19,473 nucleotides of DNA from positions 1 through 19,473 of the forward strand of contig CAMAGA010000015.1 of assembly GCA_945833955.1 (NCBI GenBank). Reading direction: 5' to 3'. Positions 7,706 to 15,500 of the stretch are shown here, one piece after another; within the stretch, counting starts at the first letter, position 1; each line of letters begins with the position of its first letter. Under the pieces are notes generated by a model. It saw only the letters and a program-made list of their open reading frames with translations. It ran no database searches and was not told the DNA's origin. The stretch is from an uncultured Clostridia bacterium (GTDB taxonomy: Bacteria; Bacillota; Clostridia; Christensenellales; Borkfalkiaceae). The position numbers and the translations under genes are program-made.

Positions 7706-7823
7706 TAAAAAAATTCCCCGAAACTTTCCGTTCGGGGCAATGCCACAAGTGAGTTGGCGGGAATGAACGCGCATAAGCCGTTCAACTGTCTATAAGTATA
7801 TATCACTTTGCGGCAAAAGTCAA
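7706..7823 (-). ncRNA. Candidate small RNA unit: sigma-70 promoter + ~85-nt body + intrinsic terminator
   Basis: Minus strand: -35 TTGACT (plus 7818-7823), 17-nt spacer, -10 TATACT (plus 7795-7800). Predicted TSS about 7788. Terminator: 7-bp GC stem ccccgaa/ttcgggg (7716-7737) followed by 7 U (plus A-run 7707-7713). The body can form a stem AGTTGAACGG/CCGCCAACT. No credible ORF or SD inside. Confidence 0.4.
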
Positions 7824-7998
7824 ACGATTTTTCCGATAAAATAAAATCACAATTACAATTTTGAAAAAAGGACGGTAAACGAAAAATGAAAATCATAAAA
7901 AGGTTATTATCGGAAAAGCCGAACCGCTGCCGTTACGGTAGACCGCCTCGTCCACCCTGTCTATCACTTTCAGGCGCCTCCGTAAAGAAGTACACTCC

Positions 7999-8046
7999 GT
8001 AAAAAATACCGCTTCCCTCGGGCGCAAGCCGATCGGTAGCGGTATT
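7999..8046 (-). terminator. Terminator candidate after the small membrane protein gene
   Basis: 9-bp stem AATACCGCT/AGCGGTATT enclosing a 24-nt loop with an internal CCGATCGG palindrome. On the minus strand it is followed by UUUUUAC. About 60 nt downstream of the stop at 8106. Confidence 0.4.
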
Positions 8047-8105
8047 TGGGTTTTATGCCGAATTTTAAAACTGCAAACGGCCTGTATTTTTGGGAATGCC
8101 GAAAT

Positions 8106-8504
8106 TTACGACTCGGGCGGTTCTTCCTTTTTTTCTTCCTTTAAAAGCGTTTCGGCAAGTTCCGCTATCTGTTTGCCGTACTTTTTTTGCCCGTGGCGCA
8201 ACAGTTCGTCGTAAGTGAGCCGTCCGCCGAGAATGCCGATGACGCCGAGCAGGACAACGGCGGTTCCCCAGCCGTAAGAACGCATTTCCAGCAAAACGGA
8301 AATTCCGCCGCCAAAAACGAGAAAACCGATCACGGAGACGATCCACCCCCAGAGAGAAGCTCTTTTTTGCACCTTTTTGTTTAACGACCGCAACTGCTCC
8401 AGGGGCGGATTTTCCGCAAACGCATTGCGGATGCTCTCTATTTCCTTCCGCTCCTCTTCCGTGGGAGCCGTATAACGGTAACTGAATTGTTTGTCGCTCA
8501 TGTT
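8106..8504 (-). CDS. Small two-TM hairpin membrane protein, unknown function, last gene of TCS-2 operon
   Basis: 132 aa from MSDKQFSYRY (AAGAGGA SD 9 nt upstream; the track start at 8543 lacks an SD). Charged N-terminal 50 aa (TEEERKEIESIRNAF), two adjacent hydrophobic helices (LWGWIVSVIGFLVFGGGISVLL and WGTAVVLLGVIGILGG), K/E-rich C-terminal tail. 45 nt downstream of the kinase. Confidence 0.65.
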   Translation of the reverse strand, partial: NMSDKQFSYRYTAPTEEERKEIESIRNAFAENPPLEQLRSLNKKVQKRASLWGWIVSVIGFLVFGGGISVLLEMRSYGWGTAVVLLGVIGILGGRLTYDELLRHGQKKYGKQIAELAETLLKEEKKEEPPES

Positions 8505-8549
8505 CTTTTTTCCTCTTTTTTCGCAATGTTCCAAAAAGCGCACGCAGCT

Positions 8550-9626
8550 TTAAGGCGAGCTCCGCAAGGTAACCGTAAAGGTACTGCCTTCCCCCGGCGT
8601 GCTTTCCACGGCAATATTGCCGCCGAGAACGTCGATGACCCGTTTGACGAGCGCCAGCCCCAGCCCGTTGCCCTCCGAAGCGTGGGAAGTGTCGCCTTGA
8701 TAAAATTTTTCAAAGATGCGATTGCCCGTTTCCGGCTCTATGCCGCAACCCGTATCCCGCACGCTGAGCACCACGTCCCCCTCCGAAACTTTCAGCGAAA
8801 CGAAAATACTGCCTTCCGCTTCCGTGAACTTGACCGCATTGGAAAGGAGATTGCCCACGACGATCTGCATATAAGCGGGGCAGGCATACGCCTTGACGTC
8901 CTGTAAATCGCATTCCAAAGTTATCCTCTTTTTTTCCACCGTATCCTCAAATTTCAGCACTTCTTCGGAGACGAGCGCAGTCAGATCGCACTCCTGTTTT
9001 TCGGGCAGGATCCTGCTGTTTTCCAGTTTAGAGAGCTGTAAAATGTTGGTAACGAGGTCGGAGAGCCTATCCGTTGCCGAAACCAGCGTCCGGACGCACT
9101 GTTCCTTCTTTTCCGCATCCAACCCCGGCTTTGTAAGCAGGGAAGCGTAGGAGCGAATGACGGCAAGTGGCGTCTTGAGTTCGTGGGAAACGTTGGAAAC
9201 AAAGTCGTTCTTCACCAGCTCCGATTTCCCCAATTCCTCCGCCATGCGGTTGATATTCGCCTCGATCAGGTCGTAGCTGTCGTACTTGCCGTAAGGGTGG
9301 CGCAGGGGAATGCGCACGGAAAAATCGCCTGCGGCTATTTTATCCGTCGCGCGGAGGATATCCTGCACGGGCTTATGCGCCATAACCTTTCGCCTGCCCC
9401 AATCCACGACCACGCACACCGCCGCAAACGACAGCGATACCGCAAACATGACGATCGTAACGATGAAGTTATCTTCCGTTACGGAAGATATCATCCGATA
9501 GATGGCGATGGCGATTTCTATGGAAATGAGCTCCATAAAAAAGAGAATAACGAAGCCGAGGGGCGTGATGGTGATCCCTTGCCCGTCCCGCCGTTTTTGC
9601 TTTTTGGAAACCTTTCGATTTTGCAT
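8550..9626 (-). CDS. Sensor histidine kinase, paralog of 5746-6846 (2 TM, HAMP, HisKA, HATPase_c), TCS-2
   Basis: 358 aa. AAGDFSVRI, H-box NDFVSNVSHELKTPLAVIRSY, GNGLGLALVKRVI and GEGSTFTVTL are near-identical in motif and architecture to the TCS-1 kinase. AAAGGGGAAGG SD. 10 nt after the response-regulator stop. Confidence 0.9.
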   Translation of the reverse strand: MQNRKVSKKQKRRDGQGITITPLGFVILFFMELISIEIAIAIYRMISSVTEDNFIVTIVMFAVSLSFAAVCVVVDWGRRKVMAHKPVQDILRATDKIAAGDFSVRIPLRHPYGKYDSYDLIEANINRMAEELGKSELVKNDFVSNVSHELKTPLAVIRSYASLLTKPGLDAEKKEQCVRTLVSATDRLSDLVTNILQLSKLENSRILPEKQECDLTALVSEEVLKFEDTVEKKRITLECDLQDVKAYACPAYMQIVVGNLLSNAVKFTEAEGSIFVSLKVSEGDVVLSVRDTGCGIEPETGNRIFEKFYQGDTSHASEGNGLGLALVKRVIDVLGGNIAVESTPGEGSTFTVTLRSSP

Positions 9627-9636
9627 ACCTTCCCCT

Positions 9637-10311
9637 TTACACCGGCACCGCTTTATAACCCAGCCCGTGCACGGTTACGATTTTGAACCCGTCGCAAGCG
9701 GCAGTTTTTTCCCGCAGTTTTGCCATGCATACGTCCACCGTGCGGGAAGTGGCGGAGGAATCGAAGTCCCAGAACTCGTCCATGAGCACGGAACGGGTAA
9801 AAGTGCGCTTGGGGTTGGAGAGCATCTTATATAAAAGGTCGAATTCCCGCACCGTCAGGGGCAGTTCCTTGCCGTCCACGTAGGCGGTATGCTCTTCCTG
9901 CTTCATGGTCAGATTGCCGACGCACAGCTGTTTTTCCTCTTCTATTCGGGTACGGCGGAACACCGCGTCCACTTTTAACGTCAGCACTTCCACGTCGAAC
10001 GGCTTGACTATGTAATCGTCTATGCCCAGTCGGTAGCCGAGAATCTGCGAATATTTATCGCTCTTTGCCGTCATGAATAAGATGGGAATGCGGGTATCCT
10101 TTTTGCGCACCGCCTCGGCGAGGGCAAAGCCGTCTGCGCCCGGCATCATGATATCCGTCAGGATCATATCGAAAGTCTGTCTTTCGAGCGCCTGCAACGC
10201 TTCGGCGCCATTTTTGCAGGCTACCACTTCGTAACCGCCTTCCCGTAAGGCAAACTCCACCAACGCATTCAAAGCCGCGTCGTCTTCCGCCAACAGTATA
10301 CGCTCCGTCAT
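9637..10311 (-). CDS. OmpR-family response regulator, paralog of 6843-7529, TCS-2
   Basis: 224 aa. ILLAEDDAALN, DMILTDIMMPGADG, ILFMTAKSD, C-terminal winged helix (LLYKMLSNPKRTFTRSVLMDEFW...VDVCMAKLREK). GGAGGG SD 8 nt upstream. Confidence 0.9.
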   Translation of the reverse strand: MTERILLAEDDAALNALVEFALREGGYEVVACKNGAEALQALERQTFDMILTDIMMPGADGFALAEAVRKKDTRIPILFMTAKSDKYSQILGYRLGIDDYIVKPFDVEVLTLKVDAVFRRTRIEEEKQLCVGNLTMKQEEHTAYVDGKELPLTVREFDLLYKMLSNPKRTFTRSVLMDEFWDFDSSATSRTVDVCMAKLREKTAACDGFKIVTVHGLGYKAVPV

Positions 10312-10390
10312 TTTTTTACCCTCCTCTATTGTATCCGAATACGGTTACCGAATTTTTGCAAAATTGTAAAAGAATCGTAAACTTTGCGTT

Positions 10391-10419
10391 ATTATACCAC
10401 AATTTACGGCAAAAAGCAA
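10391..10419 (-). promoter_or_regulatory. Promoter for TCS-2 operon (TTGCTT-17-TGgTATAAT, extended -10)
   Basis: Minus strand reads cattgcTTTTTGccgtaaattgTGgTATAATaacgc. -10 at plus 10391-10396 with a TGn extension. -35-like TTGCTT at plus 10414-10419. Confidence 0.55.
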
Positions 10420-10432
10420 TGCTTATTGCCGA

Positions 10433-10465
10433 AAATTCCCCGCACCTTGGGCAAGGTCGGGGAAT
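10433..10465 (-). terminator. Terminator after the nadA-nifS-nifU-LRR operon
   Basis: ttccccgcaccttg-gg-caaggtcggggaa: about 13-bp stem with one bulge, 6 nt past the LRR stop. Followed on the minus strand by AUUUUC, a short U-tract. Confidence 0.45.
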
Positions 10466-10470
10466 ACAGC

Positions 10471-11118
10471 TCATTTTTTGGTCGTATAGTCGTAGCGTAT
10501 GCGCATCCAGAGGAGCGACTGCTTTACGTTCCAGTCCTTATGGAATCCTTTGGGGATTTCCGCCGTGTTCAGATGTATCGTTCTCAAATTGACGCAACCG
10601 ACGAATGCGTCTTTGCCGACGAACTGAACCGTTGCGGGCAGTTCGATTTCCTCAAAGCGGTCGCAACCGCCGAAGGCGTTCGATTCTATGCGGGTCAGGT
10701 TTTGCGGCAATTCTATGTTTTTGAGGGAAGAACAGCCGTAGAACGTGCCGAACGGCAACGTCTGCAATTCCCCCAAAAAGACGACTTCTTCCAAATTGGC
10801 GCACAGCTCGAATACGTCCTTGCCGAGTTTCTGCACGGAGGAGGGGATCACGATCTTATCCAGGTCGCTGCCGGCAAAGGCGCTGTCCTCTATTTCCCGA
10901 ACCGTCTTCGGCAAAACCACCGTGCGGACCGACTTGCCCGCAAAGACGGACTTACCGATGACGGTTACGCCGTCCGGCACGACGATCTCGCCCGTTGCGG
11001 CAATCTCGTCCACGCCGTACAGAACGCCGTCTGCAATGTCAAACGGGTTGAGTTCTTCCTCTTCCGACAGAACTTCGTCCGTTACCGTACTGTCAAAATT
11101 ATCGTTATTCGTCATGGG
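10471..11118 (-). CDS. BspA-type leucine-rich-repeat (LRR_5-like) protein, no signal peptide
   Basis: About 216 aa from MPMTNNDNF. Repeated I/VxIPxxVxxIGxxAFxGC blocks (VTVIGKSVFAGKSVRTVVLPKTVREIEDSAFAGSDLDKIVIPSSVQKLGKDVFELCANLEEVVF...LKNIELPQNLTRIESNAFGGCDRFEEIELPATVQFVGKDAFVGCVNLRTIHL). Acidic N-terminus without hydrophobic leader. ATG overlaps the last codons of nifU (translational coupling). Confidence 0.75.
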   Translation of the reverse strand, partial: PMTNNDNFDSTVTDEVLSEEEELNPFDIADGVLYGVDEIAATGEIVVPDGVTVIGKSVFAGKSVRTVVLPKTVREIEDSAFAGSDLDKIVIPSSVQKLGKDVFELCANLEEVVFLGELQTLPFGTFYGCSSLKNIELPQNLTRIESNAFGGCDRFEEIELPATVQFVGKDAFVGCVNLRTIHLNTAEIPKGFHKDWNVKQSLLWMRIRYDYTTKK

Positions 11119-11545
11119 CATGGCAGTGTTCGCAATCTTCCTTCGGTGCGTATTTTTCTCTGTCGTATTCGATATGGTTCTTTTCAAAGTAATCCACGAT
11201 TGCCGCGCGAACGGCTTCTTCCGCTAAAACGGAGCAGTGGATTTTATGCGAGGGTAAACCGCCGAGCGCTTCCACAACCGCCTTGTTGGTGAGTTCCAAA
11301 GCTTCGTCTATGGATTTGCCCATGATCAGCTCGGTCGCCATGGAGCTGGTGGCGATGGCGCTGCCGCAGCCGAACGTGTTGAATTTTACGTCCGTGATGA
11401 TATTATCCTTGACTTTGATGTACATACGCATGATATCGCCGCAAACCACGTTGCCTACTTCGCCGACGCCGTCCGCATCGTCAATCTTGCCTACGTTTCT
11501 GGGATGTCTGAAATGATCCATTACTTTTTCGCTGTATAAAGCCAT
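11105..11545 (-). CDS. nifU: Fe-S cluster scaffold, IscU/NifU N-terminal-domain protein
   Basis: 146 aa. Three conserved Cys in IscU context (VVCGDIMRMY, FGCGSAIATSS, HCSVLAEEA). AAGGAG SD. Unusual Cys/His-rich C-terminal tail EDCEHCHAHDE. Confidence 0.85.
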   Translation of the reverse strand: MALYSEKVMDHFRHPRNVGKIDDADGVGEVGNVVCGDIMRMYIKVKDNIITDVKFNTFGCGSAIATSSMATELIMGKSIDEALELTNKAVVEALGGLPSHKIHCSVLAEEAVRAAIVDYFEKNHIEYDREKYAPKEDCEHCHAHDE

Positions 11546-11556
11546 AATTTTTCTCC

Positions 11557-12750
11557 TTAAATTCTATGCGTCATGGTGCCTTTTTCCAATGCGTCCCAGA
11601 CGGGGGAAATTTCCCTTAAATCCGCAACGATGGGCGGTAATTTTTCCAAAATGTAATCTACGTCCTCTTCCGTGGCGTCTTCCCCCAAAGAGATACGAAC
11701 GGACCCGTGCGCTACCTCCCGATGTACGCCGATTGCCAGAAGCACGTGGCTGGGGTCGAGGGAAGCCGAAGCGCAGGCGCTGCCGCTCGATACTTCGATT
11801 CCGACGTCGTCGAGGTATAAAAGCAAGCTTTCGCCTTCGATGCCTTCAAAACTGAAATTCACGTTGCCGGGCAAACGCTTTTCCCTGTCTCCGTTGAGTG
11901 CGCTGTGGGGAATTGCGGAAAGCCCGTCGATGAGCTTGTTCCGAAGCGCGGTCAGACGGACGCTGACTTCCTGCATATTGGCGCAGGATTCCTTGAAAGC
12001 CGCAGCCATTGCCACGATGCCCGCCATGTTTTCCGTTCCCGGGCGCTTTCCCTTTTCCTGTGCGCCGCCTTCCATCAGATTGACGAGGCGCACTCCCCGC
12101 TTTGCGTACAACACGCCCACGCCCTTGGGACCGTGGAATTTGTGTGCGGAAAGGGAGAGCATATCTATATTTTGCTTTTTGACGTCGATGGGCAAATGAC
12201 CTGCCGCCTGTACGGCGTCCGTATGGAAGAGCACCTTCTTTTCCCTGCAGATTCTGCCGATTTCCTCGATCGGCTGAATCGTGCCGATTTCGTTATTGGC
12301 GAACATGATCGTTACGAGGGCGGTATCCTCCCGAATGGCGGCTTCCACCTCGCTCGCATCCAGCACGCCGTTGTGTGCGGAAACGGGCAGATACGTTACC
12401 GTAAAGCCCTGCTTTTCCAGCTTTTTCACGGTATGCAATACGGCGTGATGCTCAAAAGCGGTGGTGACGATGTGCTTTTTTCCTTTTTTGGCGCCGAGTT
12501 CCGCCGCCGTGCGGATGGCAAGGTTGTCCGACTCCGTGCCGCAGGAAGTAAAGTAGATTTCGTTGGGTTCGGCGTTCAGACATTTTGCGATATCGGCGCG
12601 CGCTTCGTCCAGCTTTTCCTTGACGATTTGCCCCGTGGTATGCAACGAGGAGGGATTCCCGTAAAATTCTTCGAGCATGGGGAGCATTGCCGCAACGGCA
12701 GTCTTGCTCATTTTGGTCGTTGCCGCATTGTCTGCATAAACAGTTCTCAT
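11557..12750 (-). CDS. nifS: Cysteine desulfurase (NifS/IscS class V aminotransferase)
   Basis: 397 aa. PLP-lysine motif [15 protein letters not shown], active-site Cys loop [16 protein letters not shown]. 11 nt upstream of nifU. Confidence 0.9.
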   Translation of the reverse strand: MRTVYADNAATTKMSKTAVAAMLPMLEEFYGNPSSLHTTGQIVKEKLDEARADIAKCLNAEPNEIYFTSCGTESDNLAIRTAAELGAKKGKKHIVTTAFEHHAVLHTVKKLEKQGFTVTYLPVSAHNGVLDASEVEAAIREDTALVTIMFANNEIGTIQPIEEIGRICREKKVLFHTDAVQAAGHLPIDVKKQNIDMLSLSAHKFHGPKGVGVLYAKRGVRLVNLMEGGAQEKGKRPGTENMAGIVAMAAAFKESCANMQEVSVRLTALRNKLIDGLSAIPHSALNGDREKRLPGNVNFSFEGIEGESLLLYLDDVGIEVSSGSACASASLDPSHVLLAIGVHREVAHGSVRISLGEDATEEDVDYILEKLPPIVADLREISPVWDALEKGTMTHRI

Positions 12751-12801
12751 AATTCAACCTCTTTGTTTTCTCTATGAATCAGTATGTTCTTTTTTCAAAA
12801 A

Positions 12802-13755
12802 TTAACCGCCGAGCGCAATCATTCTGTCCAAACATCTCTTTGCCTTGGCAATCGTCTCGTCGTCGAGGAGAATTTCTTCTCCGCCTTCGCCGTTCAATAC
12901 GTGGTACACGTCCGCAAGGGTCGTTGCCTTCATGTTCGGGCAGATGAGCCGCTTGGAAAGGGGATAGAATTTTTTATCGGGGCACTCGTACTGCAACGTT
13001 TCCGCAATGGAAATTTCCGTACCGATGATAAATTCCTTGGCGTCGCTCTTTTTGGCAAACTGCATGATGCCGGAAGTCGAGCCGACGTAATCGGCAAGCG
13101 CAACCACTTCCGCACGGCATTCGGGGTGCACGGCAAAGAGGGCAGAAGGGTGCTTGGCTTTGACGGCAAGCACGTCCTTTTTGCTGATTGCCGCGTGCAC
13201 GGGGCAACCGCCTTGAAGCAGTTCTATCTTCTTTTCGGGCACCTGCTCCTTGACGTATGCGCCTAAATTGCAGTCGGGGATAAAGAGGATATTGTCCTCC
13301 TCCATGTTGCGCACGATCTGTACCGCCGAAGAGGAAGTAACGCAGACGTCGGCAACCGTCTTCAATTCCGCCGTGGTATTCACGTAAGCCACTACGGCAA
13401 GCGTGGGGTCGGTCTCTTTGATCGCTTCGATCATGTCCTTATCCATCTGTTCCGCCATGGGGCAACCGGCTTCCGCACAGGAAAGATAGACGTGCTTTTC
13501 GGGCGAAAGGATTTTTGCCGTTTCCGCCATAAAGCGAACGCCGCAAAGCAATATATTGGCATTTTTTGCCTTCTGCGCATCGCAACTGAGCTTATAGGAA
13601 TCGCCTACGCTGTCCGCAATTTCACAAATTTCCCTTGCAACGTAGCTGTGCGCCAGAATATAAAAATCTTTTTCCGCTTTCAACCGTAAAATCTGTTTCT
13701 GCAATTCTGCTATGGTCATAACTTTCTCTCTTTCTCCTTTTATCGTTTTTATCAT
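12802..13755 (-). CDS. nadA: Quinolinate synthase A
   Basis: 317 aa (alternative start MTIAEL at 13719 would give 305 aa). Colinear with Thermotoga/clostridial-type NadA (ELQKQILRLKAEKDFYILAHSY, LLCGVRFMAETAKIL, VHPEC, conserved Cys ligands). GGAAG SD 8 nt before the 13755 ATG. Confidence 0.85.
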   Translation of the reverse strand: MIKTIKGEREKVMTIAELQKQILRLKAEKDFYILAHSYVAREICEIADSVGDSYKLSCDAQKAKNANILLCGVRFMAETAKILSPEKHVYLSCAEAGCPMAEQMDKDMIEAIKETDPTLAVVAYVNTTAELKTVADVCVTSSSAVQIVRNMEEDNILFIPDCNLGAYVKEQVPEKKIELLQGGCPVHAAISKKDVLAVKAKHPSALFAVHPECRAEVVALADYVGSTSGIMQFAKKSDAKEFIIGTEISIAETLQYECPDKKFYPLSKRLICPNMKATTLADVYHVLNGEGGEEILLDDETIAKAKRCLDRMIALGG

Positions 13756-13769
13756 ACCTTTATCTTCCT

Positions 13770-13798
13770 AATCATAAACCCTTTATGGGTTTTTGTCA
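13770..13798 (-). promoter_or_regulatory. Promoter of nadA-nifS-nifU-LRR operon (TTGACA-17-TATGAT)
   Basis: Minus strand reads tacTTGACAaaaacccataaagggttTATGATtaggaagataaaggtATG. -35 = plus 13793-13798, -10 = plus 13770-13775, 17-nt spacer. Leaves a ~15-nt leader to the 13755 ATG. Confidence 0.65.
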
Positions 13799-13800
13799 AG

Positions 13801-13860
13801 TAAAAAGGCAAGGGGAAACTCCCCTGTTTTTGTATCGGTTTCCAAATTCACGCCCCTTGC
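13801..13860. terminator. Terminator after the GT2 gene, with alternative pairings; reads as a terminator on both strands
   Basis: Plus strand: GGGGAAACTCCCC (13811-13823) + TGTTTTTG. Minus strand: distal GGCAAGGGG (rc of 13852-13860) can pair with CCCCTTGCC (rc of 13806-13814), which is directly followed by UUUUU (rc of 13801-13805); the same CCCC also closes the local GGGGAGUUUCCCC hairpin. Confidence 0.5.
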
Positions 13861-13983
13861 CGTTTGGTTGCGGACCGCAAAGTCAGAAAAATTCGTCTTT
13901 CCATAAAAATATGCACCGCCGAAAGTCTTTTCCGCTTTCGGGATGCATATTGAAAAAACGATTATTCCGTATCTATCCGCAAA

Positions 13984-15246
13984 TTACTTTCTTACTCGAA
14001 CGACGTCCTTGGTGGAGACGCTTACGTTGTGTTCGATCGGCTTCCATTCTACCTTGGAGAAGAGTGCGCTTACGGAAATAGGCAGGTACGTGAACATGAA
14101 GAGCGGGAAGGTAAAGAAGGACAAAATCTTCCGCCATGCAGGGGCGTGAATCTTTTTCCATTCGCAGATACCCGTGACGATACCCACTATGAACATGAAG
14201 CCGAATGCCGAAACGAAGAGATTGAGTGCGCTCAGCAAGGCGACTTCGATTTCCACGTCGCCCATGAAGAGCGCCGTAATCTGCGCAACGATATTGACGA
14301 ACAAGCTGGTTACCGTGAGGAAAAAGGCGGGAGCGGTGGTCATTGCCATATCGTAGCAGGAGAAGCAGTTCTTGGAGAAGAAGCCCTTGAACAGCTTTCC
14401 GCTGTAATTGTGCACGATCTGCAACATACCCTTTGCCCAACGCTTTCTCTGCCGCCAGGACTGGCTGAACTTGACGGGCTGTTCGTCGTAGAACATGGCG
14501 TCGTAACAGAAGGCAACCTTTTCGCCCTGTACTACGTTGTCTACGGTGAACTCGATATCTTCCGTCAGAAGGAAGTGCTTCCAGCCGCCCTGCCGATTGA
14601 TGATTTCCTTGGCGATATAGAACCCGGTACCGGATACGGCGGAAGAGGTATGTAAAATACTGCGCGCGTTGTTGAGATGACGGGCTTCCCGTATAAACCA
14701 GAGTGCGTAACCGGAGGAGATCCAGTTGTCGCCGTAGTTTTTGGAGTTACGGTAGCTCGTGATGATTTTGTTGCCCGCATTGGCGCAACGGTCCATAGCG
14801 GAAATATAGTGTTCGTCCAAAAGGTTGTCCGCATCGAAGATGAAGAAGCCGTCGTAGTAATCCTTGCCGACCTTTGCCTGTACGTTTTCAAACAGCATTT
14901 CGAGGGCGTAACCCTTGCCAACCTTTTCCTTATTCTGTCGTTCGTAAACGAATGCGCCGTGCGCACGGGCTACTTCCGCCGTAAAATCGGTACAGTTATC
15001 CGCAATGACGTAAATATCCACGAGGTCCTTCGGATAATCCTGTTCCCGAATGCTGTCGCACAGCTGACCGATGACCTTTTCTTCGTTTCTTGCCGCAATC
15101 ATGATTGCGTAGCGGTTTTTCTGTTCGCATACGGGATAGCGGCGGGGTTTGACGAACGTTCCCACGATCAGATAAAAAATCTGATAGGAATAACATACCG
15201 TAAACAGAATGCCGATCACCAGGTTAAAAACTTCAATCCAACTCAT
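13984..15246 (-). CDS. Family-2 glycosyltransferase, processive (IcaA/PgaC/cellulose-synthase-like), integral membrane
   Basis: About 420 aa from MSWIEV (AGGAATGGAAG SD; alternative ATG at 15273). N-terminal TM, GT-A core with D (IADNCTD), DxD (FDADN), TED (LTEDIEF) and QxxRW (QRKRWAKG) motifs. 3-4 C-terminal TM helices. Confidence 0.85.
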   Translation of the reverse strand: MSWIEVFNLVIGILFTVCYSYQIFYLIVGTFVKPRRYPVCEQKNRYAIMIAARNEEKVIGQLCDSIREQDYPKDLVDIYVIADNCTDFTAEVARAHGAFVYERQNKEKVGKGYALEMLFENVQAKVGKDYYDGFFIFDADNLLDEHYISAMDRCANAGNKIITSYRNSKNYGDNWISSGYALWFIREARHLNNARSILHTSSAVSGTGFYIAKEIINRQGGWKHFLLTEDIEFTVDNVVQGEKVAFCYDAMFYDEQPVKFSQSWRQRKRWAKGMLQIVHNYSGKLFKGFFSKNCFSCYDMAMTTAPAFFLTVTSLFVNIVAQITALFMGDVEIEVALLSALNLFVSAFGFMFIVGIVTGICEWKKIHAPAWRKILSFFTFPLFMFTYLPISVSALFSKVEWKPIEHNVSVSTKDVVRVRK

Positions 15247-15297
15247 ATTTTTCTTCCATTCCTTTGGTTGCATTATCTACATACTCAACCGCATCCT

Positions 15298-15326
15298 ATT
15301 ATATAAAACGGCGAAAAAATAGTCAA
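15298..15326 (-). promoter_or_regulatory. Promoter of GT2 gene (TTGACT-17-TATAAT)
   Basis: Minus strand reads tatTTGACTattttttcgccgttttaTATAATaggatg. -35 = plus 15321-15326, -10 = plus 15298-15303, 17-nt spacer. Confidence 0.65.
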
Positions 15327-15500
15327 ATAAAACCAAACCTATTTTAAAATGTTTATAATCTGTTACGGCATACAGCAATCTGATAATTCCGAACAGTTTT
15401 TTTCCGTTCTTTCCTTTCCTTTCTTGCAAATTCTCTTTTCCCCAAAACGGTAAGCGCAACGATTATTGCCACGGATCGCACTGCGGGTTTTACCGATTCT

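Noticed and set aside
7583-7774. 63-aa minus-strand ORF in the TCS spacer
   Set aside because: Would read straight through a strong intrinsic terminator and the TCS-1 promoter. No SD. More likely non-coding (see sRNA candidate).
7886-8002. 38-aa plus-strand ORF MKIIKRLLSEKPNRCRYGRPPRPPCLSLSGASVKKYTP
   Set aside because: Weak SD 13 nt away, no promoter found, Pro/Arg-rich. Cannot be supported from sequence alone.
8065-8526. 153-aa Arg/Lys-rich minus-strand ORF
   Set aside because: Frame-shifted overlap of the 2-TM small protein gene, which has a proper SD and membrane-protein features. This frame is basic low-complexity.
10384-11292. 302-aa plus-strand ORF
   Set aside because: Antisense to the LRR and nifU genes. 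No homology features, no SD.
11905-12777. 290-aa plus-strand ORF (and 11672-12199)
   Set aside because: Antisense to nifS.
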